Shown: piece by piece, positions 57,442 through 64,000 of the stretch
Position numbering within the stretch: the first letter of the stretch is position 1
Layout of the letters: the number at the start of each line of letters is the position of its first letter
Assembly: GCA_964537715.1 (NCBI GenBank)
Contig: CAZIAH010000005.1
Location: forward strand, 4,465 to 68,464
Origin: an uncultured bacterium
GTDB lineage: Bacteria; Zhuqueibacterota; QNDG01; DSAB01
DNA length: 64,000 nt
Reading direction: 5' to 3'
The notes under the pieces: model-generated
What the model was told of the DNA's origin: nothing
The model's database searches: none
What the model saw: only the letters and a program-made list of their open reading frames with translations
Program-made: the position numbers and the translations under genes

Positions 57442-58479
57442 TTATCCAGTAATCTGGCTAAGTTTTTGTACACCCAAATTTCGATAGACAATCTCATGTT
57501 CAATTTCAACATTGATAGATTTCAGACAATGAATATCATCATTAAGGCATTTAATAAGCAAATTTACAGCTTCCTTTCCTATTTGATATGGGTTTTGGTT
57601 AACAGAATAGAAAGAAATTCCCAGTCTAGAGATTATATCGTTGTCTCCAAATTCACCAAGCATAATATCATCTGGAATCCTGAAATTACTTTCCAATATG
57701 GCGTTGCCGGCACCGAAAGCTACGAGCCCCCCGACGCAAACAATTGCATCAATATCAACACCCTTTTGTAATGCTTTGTATAAAATATTATGAGCGCTTT
57801 CAAACGTAAGTCCCGTTTCTATAATTAAATTTTCATCAATACTGATATTATTCTCCTTAAGCGCCTTCAAATAACCTTCAAATCTGTACCTTGCCACCGG
57901 GATTCCATTATGGGGGCCAATAAACATAATTTTTCTTCTGCCGGCTTGAATAAATTTATTTGTTAATTCAAAGGCAGCTTCATTATCATTAATTGTTACT
58001 GAATTAAAATTCGTATTTCCAATTTTTCGGTCCCAACAAACGATTTTTATTCCTTCTCTTTGAAGTTGTTTATAGAAATCAAGATTCGTGGTTTCATCAA
58101 CTGCGTTTAACAAAATGCCATCGACATTAATATCAGATAAAAACTCCAGCTTTTTCCGTTCATTTTGAGGCTTCTCATCGTGAACCAAAAGAATAGTCTC
58201 ATACCCTTTTTGGGTGGCCTCCTCGTAAATGCCCCGAGTGGCCTCAGAAAAAAAGGAAATCCTCAAATCAGGAATTAAAACACCTATGATGCCACTCTTC
58301 TTGTTAATCAACGATTTAGCGAGCAGATTAGGTCTATATCCCAGTTCCCCAGAAACGCGCTTTACTTTTTCCTTCATCTTATTTGAAATATCAGAGCTTT
58401 CTCGCAATGCCTTTGAGACAGTGGATGGGGTTACTCCCACTTTTTTTGCGATGTCTTTAAGTGTTACTTTCTTTTTCAT
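57442..58479 (-). CDS. LacI-family transcriptional regulator
   Basis: ORF 57442..58506. ATG 58479 gives MKKKVTLKDIAKKVGVTPSTVSKALRE (HTH). Periplasmic-binding-protein-like sugar-binding core. Confidence 0.85.
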   Translation of the reverse strand: MKKKVTLKDIAKKVGVTPSTVSKALRESSDISNKMKEKVKRVSGELGYRPNLLAKSLINKKSGIIGVLIPDLRISFFSEATRGIYEEATQKGYETILLVHDEKPQNERKKLEFLSDINVDGILLNAVDETTNLDFYKQLQREGIKIVCWDRKIGNTNFNSVTINDNEAAFELTNKFIQAGRRKIMFIGPHNGIPVARYRFEGYLKALKENNISIDENLIIETGLTFESAHNILYKALQKGVDIDAIVCVGGLVAFGAGNAILESNFRIPDDIMLGEFGDNDIISRLGISFYSVNQNPYQIGKEAVNLLIKCLNDDIHCLKSINVEIEHEIVYRNLGVQKLSQITG

Positions 58480-58540
58480 AGTTTTATCTTCATATAAACC
58501 AATCATTTAAAGAGAGCATCTCTATAACGAAGAAAGCTCT

Positions 58541-58556
58541 CATAACGTTATGTCAA
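58541..58556 (-). promoter_or_regulatory. Candidate LacI-family operator (CATAACGTTATG palindrome) abutting a TTGACA -35-like hexamer upstream of the LacI regulator gene
   Basis: Perfect 12-bp palindrome 58541-58552 with central CG. TTGACA (minus orientation) at 58551-58556. A second AACGTT palindrome (CAACGTTG) lies at 58589-58596. Confidence 0.45.
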
Positions 58557-58606
58557 TAATTTTTCTTGAACATTTTCATTCCATTGAGCAACGTTGGAGA
58601 ATATTC

Positions 58607-59821
58607 TCATTTTCTTTCTTTTTCTATTTGATCTTGATATCCACTTTTAACATATGCATCAACAGGATCGAGAGGTAAATTTTTACTGTATCTCGCCATT
58701 GCAACTATGGGTCGAACGTCAGCGAGCAACAGGGCGTTATTAAATAGACGATTCGCTAAAATGATCTTATCATCGTTTTGATAGGAAAGCAGCTTCTCCT
58801 GGTCTACCAGCATTGCCTTTGCTAATGATATTTGCAACGAATCAATGGAATGAATGACTGCTTCAATTCTTTTTTCTCTGCTACTGCACTGGTCAATCAT
58901 TAAATCCCATTTGTTTGGACCATTTAAGACATCAGCTTTTACTAATTCGTAAAAAATTCTCGCCATTTCTGGCCCTGGTTCCACTGAGTGATCATCATCA
59001 GCAGCATATCGTGTGTTAAAGTGGAATCCACCGGGGATATTATTTACAATTAATCGCGCGACAATCTGCTCAATATTTGTTGAATGATGATGATGCCCCA
59101 TATCAATAAGTACTCCAGCATTAGGACCAAAATTTTGAGCCATCAAAATCACACTACCCCAATCGGGCAATACAGTACTGTAAGTACCAGGTTCAAAAAC
59201 CTTATATTCTATCAGCACTTTTACCGATTGAGATATACTTTTCGCTATTAACCTAAGCGATTCCATTGTGTTGTCGATCACTTTGCTCAATTCCAACTGT
59301 CCAGGATAATTAGAGCCATCAGGAAGCCAGATTGTTAATAGTTTATTAGACAACTCCTCTGCAATTTTTCCGGACAATATGGTTTGATCGATATATCTTT
59401 CTCTCACTTTATCATCATAGGAACTTAAACTTCCCGTATGGGAACCTTTTAAAAAATAGGTTGGATTAATCGAACCGAGTTTTAGCCCTCTCGATTCTGC
59501 GGCATTTTTAACTTCTACGGCCAAATCATAAGAGCCATTCATTCCATCCTCAGAAAAATCCCATAGGGTGTGAGTCGCAATTTGTTTTGCTGCACCGGTC
59601 AGCTCATTTACGAATGCGGCATCATCTAATTTTTCAAAGATACTCCTTGCAAAACCAGGGGGCATATAATCGCCGAACCGACCACCACCGAAAGAACCAA
59701 AAATCCAGCTAGGAATTTCAACTTGAAATTTTTCAACAGCTTCAATTGCGGCGTTTATTTTTTCGTTACCAAATTCTTTCTTGAGATTGATAAGCGATTC
59801 CTTGAGATTTTTAGAATTCAT
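58607..59821 (-). CDS. rhaA: L-rhamnose isomerase, Pseudomonas stutzeri type (xylose-isomerase-like TIM barrel)
   Basis: 404 aa. Block conservation with P. stutzeri L-RhI as recalled: VEIPSWIFGSFGGGRF, IFEKLDD, LTIWLPDGSNYPGQ, YKVFEPGTYSTVLPDWG, LIDMGHHHHSTNIEQIVARLI, GGFHFN, ADDD. Confidence 0.8.
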   Translation of the reverse strand: MNSKNLKESLINLKKEFGNEKINAAIEAVEKFQVEIPSWIFGSFGGGRFGDYMPPGFARSIFEKLDDAAFVNELTGAAKQIATHTLWDFSEDGMNGSYDLAVEVKNAAESRGLKLGSINPTYFLKGSHTGSLSSYDDKVRERYIDQTILSGKIAEELSNKLLTIWLPDGSNYPGQLELSKVIDNTMESLRLIAKSISQSVKVLIEYKVFEPGTYSTVLPDWGSVILMAQNFGPNAGVLIDMGHHHHSTNIEQIVARLIVNNIPGGFHFNTRYAADDDHSVEPGPEMARIFYELVKADVLNGPNKWDLMIDQCSSREKRIEAVIHSIDSLQISLAKAMLVDQEKLLSYQNDDKIILANRLFNNALLLADVRPIVAMARYSKNLPLDPVDAYVKSGYQDQIEKERK

Positions 59822-59956
59822 TTTCTTCTATCATCCTTCAATAAAATTAAAGAAAATTATTGAAACAGCATGAGAAAACGCATGCAAATATTCATATCAA
59901 TTCCAGATGAGATAATACTTACGTTGAAAAGTATTTATTGGGAAAAAACCTGAAAA

Positions 59957-59998
59957 ATTATACTAAAACCTTTTCGAAAAGGTTTTCGAAAACCTTTT
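59957..59998 (-). promoter_or_regulatory. rhaA upstream region: -10 TATAAT plus overlapping 22-bp palindromes AAAACCTTTTCGAAAAGGTTTT / AAAAGGTTTTCGAAAACCTTTT (operator candidate)
   Basis: TATAAT (minus orientation) at 59957-59962. Immediately upstream, 59965-59986 and 59977-59998 are each perfect 22-bp palindromes centred on TTCGAA. About 140 nt upstream of the rhaA ATG. Confidence 0.5.
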
Positions 59999-60348
59999 CT
60001 TAAAATAATAAAATAAAATTCATTTGTCAAGAGAAAATTAATACTTTGTGAATTCAAGTTCCAAACGGATTGACTCATAAATCAGTCACTGTCTTTTAGA
60101 AGGGATTATGTAGGAATACTAATGATATGAAATCGTCGAAAATTTTTCATGAAGTGAATAAATCTTTACATAGATCCAAAACAGAAGTTACCTGTACTAA
60201 TTGAATTTACATGGCCATGACCATACTGACACTAAAATATTTTTGTAATAGAGTTTTTATATTGAAGTTTTCCGAATTCAATGACTAAGACGTGTCATAA
60301 TCTTGATTTTACTACAATATTTGACACAGCTCAATATCTATAATCTTC

Positions 60349-61779
60349 TTAACACAAATCCACGATCTTTCCGGGATTCAGAATATTGTCGGGATCGAAC
60401 ACTTTTTTGATCGACTTCATCAACTCGATCTGTTTCGGACCGAGAAAGGATTTTAGAAATTCCCTCTTGATTAGTCCGATACCGTGCTCTCCGGAGACCG
60501 TACCGCAGTATTTTTTCCCCAACTCATGCAGCATCTCTCGAACAGCAGGGGCTTTTTCACGGCAATTTTTGATTTCATTCCAGACGCCGTCTTCCCAGAA
60601 ATGGCTCATGATGTGGATATGAACATTTCCGTCTGCGGCATGTCCATAACTGGGAATCCACATTTTCTGCTCTTCCTCGACCCGGTGAATATCATTCACG
60701 AAATTGGCGATTTCCGCTCGCGGCACAGTGATGTCGAGATCTTCTAACATGTAATTCTTGATGGCCTCATAAGTGTGACTGCGAATATCCAGAATGTTTT
60801 GTTGTTTCTGGGGTGTGTCGGCTACAAATACATCCATGGCCTGATGTTTCAGACAGATTTCACTGATGCCTTCGGCAAGCGTCATGACCTCTTCGTCCGA
60901 ACTGCCGTCTACGATGATCATGAGATAGGCTTCGCCTTCGGAACAGGGCCACTTCTTATTGAGAAACTCCTCACTGATCAGGATCGGTTTTTTCTCGACG
61001 AACTCGATAGCCATCGGCAGAATCTTGTTCCGCAGAATGTCGGGAACCGTTCCGATTGCATCGTTGAGATTTTGAAAGGGAGCCACAAGTGTATAGACCA
61101 CGGCCGGAGGAGGCATCAGAGAGAGCGTGGCCTTCGTGATGATTCCAAGAGTCCCCTCCGAACCCACCATCAAATGCATAAGGCTGTAGCCACTGCTGTT
61201 CTTAACAAACTTGCCACCGAGACGGATCACCTCTCCGTCCGGCAGGACAACTTCAATACCTTTGACGAAATTGCGGACCACACCGTATTTCACGGCCCGC
61301 GCGCCACCGGCATTGGTGGCAATCACGCCGCCGATCGTGGCCGATTCGTCTCCGGGATGCGGTGGGAAAAACAATCCGGAATCTTTCAGAGCTTCGTAAA
61401 AATCCATGAGCATGACCCCGGCTTCCACGGTGGCCGTGAGATTGTTCATATCGATTTCGATCACCCGCTGCATATTCTCGAAACTTAGCACCACACCACC
61501 ATGGATCGGCACGGAACCACCGCATAATCCGGTTCCCGAACCGCGAACCGTGAGCGGAACCCTTTCGGTATGGCACAACCGGACAATTTGCGATACCTCT
61601 TCGGTCGTTTTGGGTCTGACCACGACTTCAGGATAACTGTGGATCTCTTCGCCCACATATTCGTCATGTGAATAATCGATCATATCCTCGCGCTTTGTAA
61701 TCACGTGCTTCGAATCGACAATCTCTCTGAAACGATGGATCAAATCTTCATCTACTTTTCGATAAGCCATTTCGGCCAT
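60349..61779 (-). CDS. FAD-linked oxidase (GlcD / D-lactate dehydrogenase family)
   Basis: 476 aa. FAD-binding PCMH-type domain (RGSGTGLCGGSVPIHGGVVLS) and C-terminal FAD-oxidase domain (GTVSGEHGIGLIKREFL). Confidence 0.8.
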   Translation of the reverse strand: MAEMAYRKVDEDLIHRFREIVDSKHVITKREDMIDYSHDEYVGEEIHSYPEVVVRPKTTEEVSQIVRLCHTERVPLTVRGSGTGLCGGSVPIHGGVVLSFENMQRVIEIDMNNLTATVEAGVMLMDFYEALKDSGLFFPPHPGDESATIGGVIATNAGGARAVKYGVVRNFVKGIEVVLPDGEVIRLGGKFVKNSSGYSLMHLMVGSEGTLGIITKATLSLMPPPAVVYTLVAPFQNLNDAIGTVPDILRNKILPMAIEFVEKKPILISEEFLNKKWPCSEGEAYLMIIVDGSSDEEVMTLAEGISEICLKHQAMDVFVADTPQKQQNILDIRSHTYEAIKNYMLEDLDITVPRAEIANFVNDIHRVEEEQKMWIPSYGHAADGNVHIHIMSHFWEDGVWNEIKNCREKAPAVREMLHELGKKYCGTVSGEHGIGLIKREFLKSFLGPKQIELMKSIKKVFDPDNILNPGKIVDLC

Positions 61780-61836
61780 GTTTGCCTTTCTATGAATATA
61801 TTGTTCTATTTTACTGAGGAAAATGAATACTGCAGA

Positions 61837-61864
61837 CTGTAAACTGTATACTGTTTACTGTAAA
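61837..61864 (-). repeat. Four tandem heptamers CTGTWWA (TWWACAG in gene orientation) upstream of the FAD-oxidase gene
   Basis: ctgtaaa ctgtata ctgttta ctgtaaa at 61837-61864, inside the 85-nt intergenic region. It abuts the ribokinase stop codon. Confidence 0.6.
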
Positions 61865-62806
61865 CTAATAAAGTAATGAAACCGAAACCTTTTCGATCTC
61901 TTCTTTTCTTGGGGCGGAAATCTGACCGCCCAACCGTGTAACAGAGAGCGCAGCCGCCGCACTGGCATACCGAACAGCCTCTCTGAGGATTTTTCCTTCG
62001 GCGAGAGCCACAGCCAATACGCCGTTGAAAATATCACCGACGCCTGTATTATCCACTGTCTTGACCTTGAAACTCGGGATGTGTTCCACCCCACCCACAT
62101 CAATCAGGAACGATCCTTTGGCGCCCAAGGTCAGAACAACAGACTCAATTCCTTTCGCAATCAGCATCCGTCCGGCCTCTTCCGCAGACTGATGATCGTG
62201 AATCCGAATTCCGGTGAGCAGTTCCATTTCACTCTGGTTGGGCGTGAGAACGGAAATATATCGAAGCACGTCATCGCTCAACGTTCGCGGGGGTGAAGGT
62301 TTCAGAATAACTTTCACATTATACTGCATGGCAATGGAAGCCGCTTCTTTAATCGTTTCGATAGGAGTTTCAAGCTGAATGAGCATCACATCGTTCTTTG
62401 CAATCGTTTCATTAACGGAATGGATATCGTCCGGCGACAAATTCGCATTGGCACCCGAAGCCAGCGCACTGCACTTTTCACCTTTCTCCGATAAAAATAC
62501 GGAAGCACATCCGGTGGGAGCTTTGGCATCTTTGATCACATGCTCGATTTTGATGCCCTCCTTTTGCAATTGCTCGATAGCGCTGAGCCCCAGAATATCG
62601 TTTCCCACACGAGCAATCAACGTAACCTCTCCATCGGCATGATTGGCCGCAATCGCCTGATTGACTCCTTTCCCTCCGGCACTGGTAAAAAATCTTCCCC
62701 CGACCACAGTCTCCCCGGATTTTGGAAGCCTCGGAACCATCATTACCGCATCCATACTCAAACTTCCAACCACAACAACCTTGCCGCGTGATTTCTGTGC
62801 AACCAT
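61865..62806 (-). CDS. rbsK: PfkB-family carbohydrate kinase, ribokinase-like
   Basis: ORF 61865..62815. ATG 62806 lies 6 nt after SD GAGGTG. Ribokinase motifs VVVGSLSMD, GGKGVNQA and DNTGVGD. Confidence 0.7.
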   Translation of the reverse strand: MVAQKSRGKVVVVGSLSMDAVMMVPRLPKSGETVVGGRFFTSAGGKGVNQAIAANHADGEVTLIARVGNDILGLSAIEQLQKEGIKIEHVIKDAKAPTGCASVFLSEKGEKCSALASGANANLSPDDIHSVNETIAKNDVMLIQLETPIETIKEAASIAMQYNVKVILKPSPPRTLSDDVLRYISVLTPNQSEMELLTGIRIHDHQSAEEAGRMLIAKGIESVVLTLGAKGSFLIDVGGVEHIPSFKVKTVDNTGVGDIFNGVLAVALAEGKILREAVRYASAAAALSVTRLGGQISAPRKEEIEKVSVSLLY

Positions 62807-62826
62807 CTCATTCACCTCGATGAATT

Positions 62827-62855
62827 ATTATATTGTCAACGTTATATTATATAAA
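62827..62855 (-). promoter_or_regulatory. Candidate promoter of the ribokinase / FAD-oxidase operon with a TATAACGTTGACA operator-like site in the spacer
   Basis: Minus orientation: TTTATA (62850-62855), 17-nt spacer, TATAAT (62827-62832). The spacer contains the AACGTT-centred site at 62834-62846, which is similar to the palindrome upstream of the LacI gene. Confidence 0.45.
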
Positions 62856-63071
62856 TTTTTTACATTTTGTCAAGTGATTTACATCTTACAGAATTTGAAA
62901 TTCCCGCTCGAAGATACACTGAAATTTTATACTTTGAGCAAGGATGAATTGTGTTTGAACCATTATACGCTCCAATTAGTGATTTCTTTCAGTCGGATTA
63001 ATTACATAAACAATTGACCCTCTTTCACTAACTGTAGCATTTAATATTTTAACTTACGAAACAAAAAAAAC

Positions 63072-63100
63072 TTGACTTTGAAGATAAAAATATTTAAAAT
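63072..63100 (+). promoter_or_regulatory. Sigma70-type promoter for the plus-strand TonB-dependent receptor gene
   Basis: TTGACT (63072-63077), 17-nt spacer, TAAAAT (63095-63100). About 80 nt upstream of the ATG at 63181. Confidence 0.5.
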
Positions 63101-63180
63101 GCCTTACAATTATTAGACTAATCTTATGTACATATACTTATCTCACAATTTACCGTTAACAAAAACTGAGGAGTGAACAA

Positions 63181-64000
63181 TATGAAAAAGTACACCACCA
63201 TTGTGATATCACTCATCCTGTTCTGCACTGTTTTTCTTTTCACAGGAAATTTGCTCATCGCAGGCACCACAGGTAAACTAACCGGGAAAGTGATTGATGT
63301 GAGCACAAAAGAAGCCTTACCCGGAACCAATGTTGTCCTTGAAGGAACTTCAATGGGAGCCGCAACGGACATGGACGGCAATTATACAATATTGAATGTT
63401 CCCCCTGGCATTTACAGTTTAAAGTTCACCATGATGGGCTACAAAAACAGTGTAATCACGGATGTTCGCGTCTCAATCGACCTCACCACTACAATCGATG
63501 TCGATATGAACCAGACGGTTCTTGAAGCAGAAGAAACTGTTACAGTGGTCGCGGAAAGACCTCTTGTTCGTGCAGACATGACATCGGCTCTTTCTTCTGT
63601 AGGAGCCGATGAAATCGCCAAACTGCCGGTACAAAATGTCAACGATGTACTGGAAATACAAGCCGGGATCATTCGATCAGGCAATGATCTTCATATCCGT
63701 GGCGGAAGATCCGGAGAAGTCGCCTACTGGGTAGATGGTGTTGCCACAACCGATGTCTATGCCGGTGGAATGGGCGTGTCGGTGGAAAATTCGGCGGTTC
63801 AGGAACTTCAGGTAGTGAGCGGAACATTCAATGCCGAATACGGCCAGGCCATGTCGGGCATCGTAAACATCATTACAAAAGAAGGCGGTAAACGCTATAC
63901 AGGCGAAATCACGGGATACGTCGGCGATTATATGGGACATAGCAGTGTTTTCGACGTTCTTGAAAGTGTCGAAGTTACAAAGAACGCGGCCAACCAGACC
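63181..64000 (+). CDS. TonB-dependent receptor with N-terminal carboxypeptidase-regulatory-like domain; 3' end truncated by window edge
   Basis: ATG 63181 is preceded by SD GAGGAGTGA. Signal peptide. TGKVIDVSTKEALPGTNVVLEGTSMGAATDMDGNYTILNVPPGIYSLKFTMMGYK (CarbopepD_reg-like) then plug-domain sequence. No stop before position 64000. Confidence 0.8.

Noticed and set aside
58479-58506. Alternative upstream start (MIGLYEDKT...) for the LacI-family regulator
   Set aside because: No SD in front of it. The internal ATG yields the canonical MKKKVTLKDIAK HTH N-terminus. The shorter form is preferred, but the longer one cannot be excluded.
60775-61488. 237-aa plus-strand ORF
   Set aside because: It lies entirely antisense to the well-supported FAD-linked oxidase gene. 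Composition is Arg/His-rich in the way typical of reverse-strand shadows of GC-richer genes. No SD or signal features.
1-64000. CRISPR arrays, tRNA/rRNA genes, transposases or integrases
   Set aside because: Scanned the intergenic regions and the ORF list. No direct-repeat/spacer arrays, no cloverleaf-compatible segments, and no ORFs with transposase/integrase-like motifs were seen.

Overview
The window is almost entirely one co-directional, minus-strand carbohydrate-utilisation locus. 35 of 36 called genes are on the minus strand (1..62815). Only a 3'-truncated TonB-dependent receptor at the right edge is on the plus strand.

The enzyme set looks like a degradation machinery for rhamnogalacturonan-I / pectic side chains:
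- GH35 (truncated at the left edge), three GH2, two GH105/GH88, GH78 alpha-L-rhamnosidase and two GH28;
- a PL11 rhamnogalacturonan lyase, two further beta-helix (PL-like) proteins, GH115, and a two-domain CE12 rhamnogalacturonan acetylesterase;
- a cytoplasmic GH112 phosphorylase next to a GPH-family glycoside:cation symporter;
- several large secreted proteins I cannot place in a family.

This is fused to an L-rhamnose catabolic module: rhamnulokinase, a class II aldolase, LutABC, an NCS1-family permease plus a 58-aa membrane protein, and a P. stutzeri-type L-rhamnose isomerase. A LacI-family regulator, a PfkB ribokinase and a FAD-linked GlcD-like oxidase are also present.

At least eight of the secreted proteins end in a T9SS C-terminal sorting domain (..NYPNPFNPST.. 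tail). Two TonB-dependent receptors carry an N-terminal carboxypeptidase-regulatory-like domain and have no SusD partner. Genes use strong Shine-Dalgarno sites and at least one canonical sigma70 promoter. I infer an FCB-group bacterium outside the classical Bacteroidia SusC/SusD paradigm. That is an inference, not something I can verify here.

The most unusual items are:
- a near-perfect 732-bp in-frame tandem duplication inside a T9SS protein gene;
- a membrane-anchored DUF362-like protein that also carries a T9SS tail;
- an NCS1 permease and small membrane protein embedded in the rhamnose operon;
- a conserved-looking block of unknown secreted proteins (920 aa, DUF4861-like, ConA-like);
- an intrinsic terminator whose loop contains the next gene's ATG;
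- paired 73-bp intergenic repeats with hairpins;
- several distinct palindromic operator candidates.

All family assignments come from motif recognition by eye and need an HMM or BLAST check.
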